From Candidatus Omnitrophota bacterium (GTDB taxonomy: Bacteria; Omnitrophota; Gorgyraeia; Zapsychrales; Zapsychraceae): 64,000 nt of DNA. The stretch lies in assembly GCA_029261065.1 (NCBI GenBank), contig JAJDCB010000022.1, forward strand, positions 443 through 64,442, given 5' to 3'. This document shows positions 30,759 to 38,844 of this stretch, one piece after another; the stretch's first letter is position 1, and every line of letters begins with the position of its first letter. Position numbers and translations under genes: made by a program. Below the pieces are notes generated by a model, which did no database searches, was not told the DNA's origin, and saw only the letters and a list, made by a program, of their open reading frames with translations.

Positions 30759-32027
30759 ATGCCTGGAATAAAAACTATTCACAAAAGAAATAAAGGTGCC
30801 CATAAAAGATTAAGTCTATATCAAAAAATTATTGATAAAGTTTTTCGGCCGATGACTTTAGGGGGATTAACAATTACGTTGCCTGATGGTGATTTATTAG
30901 AATATGGAGATGGGAATGGCGTTATCGCTAATGTTCGTGTTTTAGATAATGTTTTCTTTAAAAAGTGTGTTCTCTACGGTGATGTGGGTTTTGGTGAGTC
31001 TTATGTTGATGGTGATTGGGAGACGGAGGACATCACAAAGGTCATCGAATGGATGATTACGAATGTTGAAAACCACCCAACACTTATGTCAGATAAGATT
31101 AAGAAATCTCCGGTTAATTTTTTTAAAATGTTTAATGATGCCATTTCGTTATTTCGTAAAAATTCTATGCAAGGAAGTCGTAAGAATATAAGTGCTCATT
31201 ATGATTTAGGGAATGATTTTTATCAGAAATTTCTCGATCCGAGTATGACTTATTCTGCCGCGTATTTTAAAAAATCTAGTGATTCGTTAGAAGAGGCTCA
31301 ATATCAAAAATATGAACAGCTTTGTCAAAAGGTGTGCCTTAAACAGACAGACCATCTTTTGGAAATTGGAAGTGGATGGGGCGGTTTCGCTATTTACGCA
31401 GCCAAAAACTTTGGATGTCGCGTAACAACAGTGACGGTATCGCAGCAACAATATGATTTTGCTTTAGCAAAGATACGTCACGAAGGTTTAGAAGATAAGA
31501 TTACAATTAAGTTTCAAGATTATCGTCAGATAGAAGGTTTGTATGATAAAATTGTATCCATTGAGATGTTAGAGGCAGTAGGACATGATTTTTATGAGAT
31601 TTACTTTAAGCAATGTCACCGTTTACTTAAAAAAGATGGAATGTTAGCTTTGCAGGTCATAACATCACCTGATAACCGATATGAATCATTTCGAAGAAGT
31701 ACGGATTGGATACAAAAGTATATTTTTCCAGGAAGCCTTCTGCCTTCGGTATCCGTTATTCAAGAAAATATTTGTAAGACAGGAGATTTGACGTTGTTAG
31801 ATTTTGAAGACATGAGCAAACATTACGCCAGAACTTTACATGAATGGTTTTTAGAGTTTAATTTAAAATTAGATGACATTAAAAATTTGGGATTGTCGGA
31901 AGAATTTGTTAGAAAGTGGAATTATTATTGGTGTTATTGTATGGCAGCCTTCAAGACGAGAAACATTAGTGTAGCGCAGCTTGTATATACTCGACCCAAC
32001 AACTTATCTCTTGGAGGCACAATATGA
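30759..32027 (+). CDS. Cyclopropane/methyl fatty-acyl-phospholipid synthase family (Cfa/UfaM-like)
   Basis: GFGESYVDG, NISAHYDLGN, LEIGSGWG, SIEMLEAVG and KYIFPG. Confidence 0.92.
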   Translation: MPGIKTIHKRNKGAHKRLSLYQKIIDKVFRPMTLGGLTITLPDGDLLEYGDGNGVIANVRVLDNVFFKKCVLYGDVGFGESYVDGDWETEDITKVIEWMITNVENHPTLMSDKIKKSPVNFFKMFNDAISLFRKNSMQGSRKNISAHYDLGNDFYQKFLDPSMTYSAAYFKKSSDSLEEAQYQKYEQLCQKVCLKQTDHLLEIGSGWGGFAIYAAKNFGCRVTTVTVSQQQYDFALAKIRHEGLEDKITIKFQDYRQIEGLYDKIVSIEMLEAVGHDFYEIYFKQCHRLLKKDGMLALQVITSPDNRYESFRRSTDWIQKYIFPGSLLPSVSVIQENICKTGDLTLLDFEDMSKHYARTLHEWFLEFNLKLDDIKNLGLSEEFVRKWNYYWCYCMAAFKTRNISVAQLVYTRPNNLSLGGTI

Positions 32028-32587
32028 AAAAAATAATTTTAGCATTAGTGATCGTTTTATTATCGCAAGGATCATCTGCTAATTCTCCAAAAGAGCTCCA
32101 TGGTATTCGTTTTGCGGGTGATTACGTTTACGAGGGAGAGGAGCTGGTTCTACAAGGTGTTGCTTTAAAAAGACATTTCTTTATTAAAGCCTTTGTTGCT
32201 GGCTTATATTTAGGGGAACCTGTTATTACTGATGATTTTTTTGAGAATGTTCCTATAAGGATTGAAGTGTCCTATTTTGTAAATATTCCTGGCAAAAAAT
32301 TATCAAAGTATACAAGAGGTTTGATGCGCAAAAATGTAACAAAAGAGGAATATCAATCTATTAATAAAGAAATAAATATGATGAATCAATATTTTGTGGA
32401 TTTGAAACCCGGGGATCGTTATGCCTTAACGTATATCCCAGAAATAGGAACTCAATTTGAATATAATGGCGATTTTGTTGGTGTGATACCTGGAAAAGAT
32501 TTTGCTAACGGATTGTTCTCAACATGGATTGGTGTTCATCCTATGGATAAAAAAGTTAAACAACAGATATTGGGTTTGGCCTCATAA
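32024..32587 (+). CDS. Chalcone isomerase-like exported protein
   Basis: Signal peptide; VAGLYL, DLKPGD and FSTWIG motifs; usual member of these clusters. Confidence 0.8.
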   Translation: MKKIILALVIVLLSQGSSANSPKELHGIRFAGDYVYEGEELVLQGVALKRHFFIKAFVAGLYLGEPVITDDFFENVPIRIEVSYFVNIPGKKLSKYTRGLMRKNVTKEEYQSINKEINMMNQYFVDLKPGDRYALTYIPEIGTQFEYNGDFVGVIPGKDFANGLFSTWIGVHPMDKKVKQQILGLAS

Positions 32588-32670
32588 ATATATTGTTTGC
32601 AATAATTTTTGTTTTGAGTAAAATAAATAATTCTTACATTTTATTTTAATTCAACAGCCAAAAAATATTA

Positions 32671-33042
32671 GTGAATCATAAACTCACAAAGAAAGTTGTA
32701 TCGCTTCTCGTTTCTATTTTGTTTTTTATTTGGATTCTTCCTTTAGGGGCGTTTATTGCACCGGAGAAAGAAGAGGCTGCGTGTAATGGGCAACGCGGTA
32801 TTTGTTTGTGCTCTCACTTGATTGCAAAGCATGTTGCTGAGACTGTGGCTCAAGCAGGATCGGTATTTAAGAGTGGAGGAGCGGCTCAAAAAGAAAAGAA
32901 TGGCTTCTCCTCTCTTAATGATTTTCTTGTTCTAAAACAGAGTTTTTCTCACAATATTTTAATAAAGGCATGTTCAAAAGAGTTGGCATCATCCTACCAA
33001 TATGCTTTTATCCGACCTATTGATCATATTCCTAAGGTTTAA
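32671..33042 (+). CDS. Small Cys/His-containing exported protein upstream of an OM transporter
   Basis: N-terminal hydrophobic segment, C-x6-CxCxH and C-terminal RPIDHIP. Confidence 0.55.
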   Translation: MNHKLTKKVVSLLVSILFFIWILPLGAFIAPEKEEAACNGQRGICLCSHLIAKHVAETVAQAGSVFKSGGAAQKEKNGFSSLNDFLVLKQSFSHNILIKACSKELASSYQYAFIRPIDHIPKV

Positions 33043-33094
33043 ATTTTCTCCCTCATTCAATTTTTACTTATTTTAATTACATTAGGAGATATTT

Positions 33095-34096
33095 ATGAAA
33101 TTAAAAAGGATATTTCTTTTTATCCTAGCTGGAATTAGTGTTTTTATATCCCATGGACTATCCTTTGCCGGTGAAGTTGAAGATCATGCCCCTATTGGTG
33201 TGATGGGTGATCATCAACACAAAAAAGGCGAGTGGATGGCATCTTACCGGTATATGCGTATGGACATGCCCGAACATTACACGGGTACAAAAAAACAATC
33301 CATCTCAGATGTACATAATGATTTTGTGGTATCTCCTGTCGATATGACTATGGAGATGCATATGTTGGGATTGATGTATGGCGTGTCTGATGAGTTAACC
33401 TTGATGGTGATGGTTCCGTATTTAATTAAAGATATGGAACATCGCAGAAGAACAGACAGCAAACAGTTTAGTACGCATTCTCAAGGTTTGGGGGATGTTA
33501 AGTTATCTGGGATGTATTCTTTAAAAGAGATGACGGAGTTGCCTCTCCATTTAAACATGGGTATTAGCGCGCCTACAGGCTCGATTAATCGAACGGATCG
33601 AACGTTGTTGGGGCCGGATAGAAATTTGCCTTATCCGATGCAATTAGGATCTGGTACGGTTGATTTTCATCCAGGTGTTACGTATTTGGATAAATCAGAG
33701 AATTGGTCTTGGGGTGCTCAAGCTAATTCGATTGTTCGTTTCGGTAGAAATGAGCAGAAGTATAAATTGGGCAATGCCTATGACGCGAGTTCTTGGTTAG
33801 CATATAAGTTTAACGAGCTCGTTAGTTCATCGATACGTGTTAAGGGAAGCATTTGGGGCAATGTCGATGGAGCGGATCCTAGGTTAAACGTTAATTTAGT
33901 TCCAACAGCCGATCCTAATTTGCAAGGTGGGGAAAGGGTTGATATGTTTTTAGGAGTTAACCTTCTTTCACATAAAGGAGCTCTTAAAGATCATCGCTTA
34001 GCACTTGAAGTTGGATATCCTGTTTATCAAAATCTAACAGGGCCGCAACTTGGTGTTGGTCTTCAAGGAACTGTTGGTTGGCAAAAAGCTTGGTAA
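33095..34096 (+). CDS. Outer-membrane beta-barrel transporter (His/Met-rich, SphA-like)
   Basis: HAPIGVMGDH.H..GEWM.SYRYM, MTMEMHM, GLGD and LPYPMQLGSGT. Confidence 0.78.
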   Translation: MKLKRIFLFILAGISVFISHGLSFAGEVEDHAPIGVMGDHQHKKGEWMASYRYMRMDMPEHYTGTKKQSISDVHNDFVVSPVDMTMEMHMLGLMYGVSDELTLMVMVPYLIKDMEHRRRTDSKQFSTHSQGLGDVKLSGMYSLKEMTELPLHLNMGISAPTGSINRTDRTLLGPDRNLPYPMQLGSGTVDFHPGVTYLDKSENWSWGAQANSIVRFGRNEQKYKLGNAYDASSWLAYKFNELVSSSIRVKGSIWGNVDGADPRLNVNLVPTADPNLQGGERVDMFLGVNLLSHKGALKDHRLALEVGYPVYQNLTGPQLGVGLQGTVGWQKAW

Positions 34097-34110
34097 ACAA
34101 ATCAACAAAG

Positions 34111-34152
34111 CATAAAAAAGCTCTGAGATATCATTCTCAGAGCTTTTTTATG
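34111..34152. terminator. Bidirectional intrinsic terminator
   Basis: CATAAAAAAGCTCTGAGA-TATCAT-TCTCAGAGCTTTTTTATG. Confidence 0.85.
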
Positions 34153-34166
34153 TTTCGTATTGCTTA

Positions 34167-34200
34167 ATTTAGGAATTTCGAAGCTTTAACGAAATTCCAG
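34167..34200. repeat. Intergenic hairpin repeat, copy 1
   Basis: Exact reverse complement of 43089-43122; core GGAATTTCG-N9-CGAAATTCC. Confidence 0.85.
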
Positions 34201-34246
34201 GTTTGTTTAAAACCCCTGTAGTTTGCTCAGCGGTTCATGCCTTTAA

Positions 34247-34453
34247 TTAAGCAAGGATATCGTGTCTACGGATAGTCTTTCTTCCGTTAGCGGCGCATCT
34301 AGCTTGCGCTTGGGCTACTAGCCAATATACGTAATCATTAAGACCTTCAAGAGCATCAGATGATACATTAAAAGTGTTCTTGCCACTTCCCTTAAGAGCT
34401 TCTTTAGTTTTAGAACCAACCAACAACATATCTTTTGATTTTCCCTTAGCCAT
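34247..34453 (-). CDS. Bacterial histone-fold protein
   Basis: 68 aa and basic. LLVGSKTKEALK / NVSSDALEGLND...AQARCAANGRKTIRRHDI shows histone alpha1-alpha2-RKT-alpha3 organisation. AAGGA RBS and TTGACG-N17-TAAATT promoter upstream. Confidence 0.85.
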   Translation of the reverse strand: MAKGKSKDMLLVGSKTKEALKGSGKNTFNVSSDALEGLNDYVYWLVAQAQARCAANGRKTIRRHDILA

Positions 34454-34607
34454 AATACTTATCCTTTTGTTAAAAATTTAAGTTAAATTAATAGATAGAA
34501 TTTAGTGTAAAATTCTCTTTTCGTCAAGGAAAATATATTTTGATATTTGTGGGGTGATTGTTATAATCAAAACATTATTAACAAAAAGGATAAAAGTTAG
34601 AGGAAGC

Positions 34608-34940
34608 ATGGACCGAAAAGAAATAGTTCTAAAATATTTAGAATGTTTTTGTAAGCCAGATGTCGCCTCATTGGAAAATTTGTTAAGTCCCGACTTTCAA
34701 CTTATTGGACCATTATTTCAATTTTCATCATCGCAATCCTATATATCTGCATTAAAGCAAGACCCTCCAGAAAAATCTAAGTTCAATGTTCAACAAATTT
34801 ATGAAAACGATCAAGGTGTTTGTGTTGTCTATGAGTACGTTAAATCAAAGGATTCCATGCTCATTGCGCAAACATTTCAATTTCAAGATAATAAAATAAG
34901 TTCGACTCTTCTAATTTTTGATGGGAGAGTTAACTCTTAA
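34608..34940 (+). CDS. SnoaL/NTF2-like protein
   Basis: Short alpha/beta protein, LLSPDFQLIGPL; start after GAGGA. Confidence 0.75.
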   Translation: MDRKEIVLKYLECFCKPDVASLENLLSPDFQLIGPLFQFSSSQSYISALKQDPPEKSKFNVQQIYENDQGVCVVYEYVKSKDSMLIAQTFQFQDNKISSTLLIFDGRVNS

Positions 34941-34953
34941 CAGAGGATAAATT

Positions 34954-36033
34954 GTGGAACCATTAAAAGACATTTATATGAATAAGGATATATTGCGTCA
35001 GTTTGCTCGCGATATGAAGAAAGTCTATCCTAAGCTTAATGAGAAAGAATTTTATCAAGCTCTCATTAAGGGGCTAGATCAATTGGAACTCAAGGCGAGG
35101 ATTGAAAGGGCGGCTGATGTGGCTTATCGTTATTTGCCGTCATCGTATGAACAAGGATTGAATGTTCTTTATCGGTTTGTAGAGGGAAAAGATAATAAGT
35201 TGCTTTATTTGTTTCTTCCTAATTTTATAGCAAAATATGGACAAGAAGATTATGAGCGCTCTATTAAAGCTATTAGAGATTTTACTCAGTATTCATCATC
35301 AGAGGAAGGTGTGAGGATATTTTTGGAATTGAATTTGAATAAGACAATTAATTACATGATGAAATGGACAACATCAAAAAATGTTCATATTCGACGGCTG
35401 GCCTCTGAAGGATCACGGCCAAGGTTGCCATGGGCAAAAAAGATTTCAGCCTTTATTGAAGATCCGCAATTGGCTTGGCCAATATTAGAAGCGCTGAAAG
35501 AGGATTGTGAAAAATATGTTCAAAAATCGGTAGCAAATCACATTAATGATATTTCAAAAGATCATCCGGATTGGGTGGTTAAGAAGGTAAGTCAATGGGA
35601 TCGTTCTTGTGAACCAACAGCCTGGATTGTTAAACATGGGATGCGTAGTCTGATAAAGAGGGGGCATAAGGGTGCGTTAAAGTTATTTGGAACTCATCAA
35701 TTGCCTAAGGTTGAACTTAGGGAAGTGAATTGGAAGAAAAGCGTGAAGATAGGGCAGGTGTTTAATTTTCAAGTAGAAATAGTATCAAAGTCGAAAAAAG
35801 AGCAAGTCTTAATGATTGATTATATTATGCATTTTGTTAAGAACAACGGGAAATCATCGGCAAAGGTTTTTAAATTAAAGAAATGCAAGTTATCTTCAAA
35901 AGAAAGTGTTCTTCTTAAATCTAAATATACATTTAAGGATTTATCAACGCGAAAACATTACACGGGCAGGCATAGTTGGCAATTAAAGATTAATGGAGAG
36001 GCGATGCAAAGTTATGCTTTTGAGGTAATGTAA
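34954..36033 (+). CDS. DNA alkylation repair protein (AlkC-like HEAT-repeat glycosylase with Ig-like C-terminus)
   Basis: SSE..VR, HIRRLASEGSRPRLPW, YVQKSVANHINDISKDHP and TRKHY.G. Confidence 0.9.
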   Translation: MEPLKDIYMNKDILRQFARDMKKVYPKLNEKEFYQALIKGLDQLELKARIERAADVAYRYLPSSYEQGLNVLYRFVEGKDNKLLYLFLPNFIAKYGQEDYERSIKAIRDFTQYSSSEEGVRIFLELNLNKTINYMMKWTTSKNVHIRRLASEGSRPRLPWAKKISAFIEDPQLAWPILEALKEDCEKYVQKSVANHINDISKDHPDWVVKKVSQWDRSCEPTAWIVKHGMRSLIKRGHKGALKLFGTHQLPKVELREVNWKKSVKIGQVFNFQVEIVSKSKKEQVLMIDYIMHFVKNNGKSSAKVFKLKKCKLSSKESVLLKSKYTFKDLSTRKHYTGRHSWQLKINGEAMQSYAFEVM

Positions 36034-36160
36034 GGGAAAATTTTTTAGATACAATTGTAGATAAATGTTAAAAATAGTTAAAAAAAATAGTATTTCTATA
36101 AATAATTGATATTATAAATTATGTGTATAGGTAGGAGGGATCTTTCAGGTTTTTGAGAAA

Positions 36161-36607
36161 ATGCCTTTAATTGGAGTTGTAATGGAAAAAATTCGAGGAG
36201 CGTGTTTACAAGAATTTCCTTCTAAAGAGGAAATGACGGAGGCATCAACACAAGATAAAGTGTGGGGGATTGCAAGCAGTTTTGATATATATGATTGCAA
36301 TCCTGAGTCCATTCGAAGTGAAGCGAAGATTAAGCAATTTGTCAAAGAGCTGTGCGAGCTTATTGAAATGAAAAGATTTGGAGAAACGCAAGTCGTTCAT
36401 TTTGGAGAGGAAGATCGCGTAGCTGGATTTTCCATGGTTCAGCTAATCGAGACATCTCTCATTTCAGCTCATTTTGCGAATTTAACGAACACGGTTTATC
36501 TTGATGTTTTTAGTTGTAAACCATACGATTTAAAAGCAGTAGAAGATTTTTCAAAATTATTTTTCGGCGGCAAAGAATGCATAACAAATGTCAAGTATCG
36601 TCATTGA
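36161..36607 (+). CDS. S-adenosylmethionine decarboxylase-like (SpeD fold) proenzyme
   Basis: DIYDC, GFSMVQLIETSLISAHF and YLDVFSC. Confidence 0.8.
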   Translation: MPLIGVVMEKIRGACLQEFPSKEEMTEASTQDKVWGIASSFDIYDCNPESIRSEAKIKQFVKELCELIEMKRFGETQVVHFGEEDRVAGFSMVQLIETSLISAHFANLTNTVYLDVFSCKPYDLKAVEDFSKLFFGGKECITNVKYRH

Positions 36608-36621
36608 TTAGGTCACGTCAT

Positions 36622-36650
36622 TTGACAATTAAAAAAAGTTATGTTAAACT
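36622..36650 (+). promoter_or_regulatory. Sigma70 promoter of the leader/DMT transcript
   Basis: TTGACA(36622)-17 nt-TAAACT(36645), with an extended TG. Confidence 0.7.
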
Positions 36651-36659
36651 TCTTAAACT

Positions 36660-36770
36660 ATGAATCAATTTACGAATTTCAAAATGCACATGACTTGCTT
36701 ACCTGTCGCCAAGACAGGTATTCTGCTTTCACCTACGTGGAGAAAGTATGCAAGAGGAGGTGTGTTTTGA
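36660..36770 (+). CDS. Putative 36-aa leader peptide (attenuator uORF)
   Basis: MNQFTNFKMHMTCLPVAKTGILLSPTWRKYARGGVF*, directly after the promoter. Its 3' end is complementary to the terminator 5' arm. Confidence 0.55.
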   Translation: MNQFTNFKMHMTCLPVAKTGILLSPTWRKYARGGVF

Positions 36771-36803
36771 TTCGTTAAGTAGTTACTAGTAATGAAATTT
36801 TTC

Positions 36804-36843
36804 AAAACCACCGATTCTTAATCAGAATTGGTGGTTTTTTTTT
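36804..36843 (+). terminator. Attenuator terminator in the DMT leader
   Basis: AAAACCACCGATTCT-TAATC-AGAATTGGTGG followed by T9. Confidence 0.85.
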
Positions 36844-36948
36844 GCCTTGGCGCAGCCGGGCAACGTCTTTGAAGCCCCCAAATGTAAGTTTTGGGGCGCA
36901 GAAGGGTCCTTGGTATCCTGGATTAGTAAATAGATAAAGAGAACAACA

Positions 36949-37815
36949 ATGATACACATAAAATTAATAATTATGGCCCTTTTATGGGCAGGAGGTCTTA
37001 TCGCCGGCAAGCTTATTGCAAGTCAAGCAGGCCCATTTACGATTTCATTTCTTCGATTTCTCGTAGCCACTTTTGTTTTAGCGGCTTTGGTTCATCGAAG
37101 AGGGGAGAATCGCGTGATTCCAGGGGGGGTATTGATATATGCTTTTATCGCTGCCTTTTTTGGGGTATTTTGTTACAACTATTTATTTTTCTCTGGAATT
37201 AAGCTTATCGAGGCAAGTCGAGGTTCCGTTATCATTAGCATGGTCCCTATTGTCATAGCACTTTTTTCATACATTGTTTTCCGAGAGAAAATGAATTTTA
37301 TAAAGGTTATAGGAATTGTGTTGTCAGTGCTGGGGGCTAGCATTGTTGTCTCAAAAGGTGAGTTAGCTTCTATTTTTGGAAAGGCCCTTGGGCTTGGTGA
37401 GATCTATTTAGTCTTATGTGTATTTTGTGCCGCTACGTTTACTTTGCTTTCTAAAAAATTGTTACAAGCCCTGACACCTTTGGTCACAATGACGATGATC
37501 TCAGCGATCGGAACCTGTTTTTTATTTGGACCGGCTTTATTAGAAATTAGCCAAATCCAAAATAGCCCGGTGTCCTATACTTTTTTCTTAAATTTATTGT
37601 ACTTGGCTATTGGACCTTCAGTGATCGCTGTCACATTTTATTATGAAGCCATTTGTGTCGTCGGACCGTCAAGGGCTAGTCAGTACATGAATCTTATGCC
37701 AGTGTTCGCTGTTGTCTTGGCATTTATATTCTTAGGCGAAAACGTTACGACATCATTAATGTTAGGCGGGGGGTTAGTGACAACAGGGTTGTATGTAACC
37801 AATATAACGAGTTAA
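36949..37815 (+). CDS. DMT/EamA-family transporter
   Basis: Ten TMs, two EamA repeats (LWAGGL, RF, NLMPVF, LGE). Confidence 0.92.
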   Translation: MIHIKLIIMALLWAGGLIAGKLIASQAGPFTISFLRFLVATFVLAALVHRRGENRVIPGGVLIYAFIAAFFGVFCYNYLFFSGIKLIEASRGSVIISMVPIVIALFSYIVFREKMNFIKVIGIVLSVLGASIVVSKGELASIFGKALGLGEIYLVLCVFCAATFTLLSKKLLQALTPLVTMTMISAIGTCFLFGPALLEISQIQNSPVSYTFFLNLLYLAIGPSVIAVTFYYEAICVVGPSRASQYMNLMPVFAVVLAFIFLGENVTTSLMLGGGLVTTGLYVTNITS

Positions 37816-37832
37816 GAAAGGAGGTGATACTT

Positions 37833-37895
37833 ATGGAGCTTACAGTGTTAAACGTGCTTATGTTAACAGATTACTTTTATACAGGTGAAAGTTAG
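37833..37895 (+). CDS. Candidate 20-aa small protein
   Basis: Perfect SD AAAGGAGGTGA, then MELTVLNVLMLTDYFYTGES*. Confidence 0.4.
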   Translation: MELTVLNVLMLTDYFYTGES

Positions 37896-37937
37896 ACGTT
37901 GTTAACTAAATTAAACAATATAAAAGGAGGTAAAAGC

Positions 37938-38207
37938 ATGAAAGAAAATGCTATTTTAAAAAGTAAAAATAAAAATAAAAAATCGGTTTTTCCTGATGAA
38001 GCTTCAAAGGTGACAAACTTGTTACGTTTAAAGGATTCTTTGTTAAGGCAAGAGTTCGAGCAAAGTGCTGAACTTATTGAGTTGGCAAGGAGTTTTGGAG
38101 CAAGTAATAAGGAGGTGAAAACTGTCATCAATGAAAGTATAAGAAGGTTAAAAAATGGCCTGAGGTATGAGGCAAATCAAAGCAGGACTAATCGATCTAG
38201 ATTCTAG
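37938..38207 (+). CDS. Hypothetical basic helical protein
   Basis: Strong SD AAAGGAGGT before ATG 37938; 89 aa. Confidence 0.7.
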   Translation: MKENAILKSKNKNKKSVFPDEASKVTNLLRLKDSLLRQEFEQSAELIELARSFGASNKEVKTVINESIRRLKNGLRYEANQSRTNRSRF

Positions 38208-38241
38208 GGAGGATCTAAAATTATGCCTCATGTCTGTTATT

Positions 38242-38278
38242 AAAGAGGACAGTTCAAAATTTGAGCTGTCCTCTTTTT
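38242..38278 (+). terminator. Intrinsic terminator
   Basis: AAAGAGGACAGTTCAA..TTGAGCTGTCCTCTTTTT. Confidence 0.8.
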
Positions 38279-38380
38279 GTATAAACTTTTTATAAAATTA
38301 GCAAAGTGGTAGATAGTTGATTTTTATAATTTGTTGTATATCAACAGTTTGCGATTAAACGAGGGATGTGAGTTTTATTG

Positions 38381-38538
38381 TTGACAAATATATCAAAATA
38401 GGTCATACTTGCAATCGAGTAAATCAGCGGGTTGAAATTTTAGACCGTAAGATAGAAGGATTTATCTTACGGCTTTTTTATTTTCGTTCTGTCATCGTTT
38501 ACTCAGTTTGTTATTTTAGAGAAAGGAGGGAGTAAATA
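38381..38538 (+). promoter_or_regulatory. csp promoter and structured 5' UTR (copy 1)
   Basis: TTGACA-N17-CATACT. GAGTAAAT(38417) pairs with GTTTACTC(38497-38504), enclosing a hairpin plus U-tract. Confidence 0.65.
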
Positions 38539-38739
38539 ATGGCACAAGGAAAAGTAAAGTGGTTTAACGCTACAAAAGGATTCGGTTTTATCGAACAAGA
38601 ATCAGGCCAAGATCTTTTTGTACATCACAATGAGATTCAAGGCGAAGGCTATAAGACATTAGACGAAGGTCAAGCAGTTGAATTCGAGGTTGCATCAGGA
38701 CCAAAGGGTGACTACGCAACGAATGTCGTAAAGCAATAA
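38539..38739 (+). CDS. csp: Cold-shock protein
   Basis: GKVKWFN, KGFGFI (RNP1) and DLFVH (RNP2). Confidence 0.97.
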   Translation: MAQGKVKWFNATKGFGFIEQESGQDLFVHHNEIQGEGYKTLDEGQAVEFEVASGPKGDYATNVVKQ

Positions 38740-38757
38740 GAAGTAAAAAGTTAGAGT

Positions 38758-38821
38758 AAAAAAGGCAACTTGATGATGTACTTAATCTCAAGATTAGGTG
38801 CATCATTCAAGTTGCCTTTTC
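38758..38821 (+). terminator. Long stem-loop between csp and the DEAD-box gene
   Basis: AAAAGGCAACTTGA...TCAAGTTGCCTTTT. Confidence 0.65.
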
Positions 38822-38844
38822 TATTGAAAGGATGTTTGTAAGCA

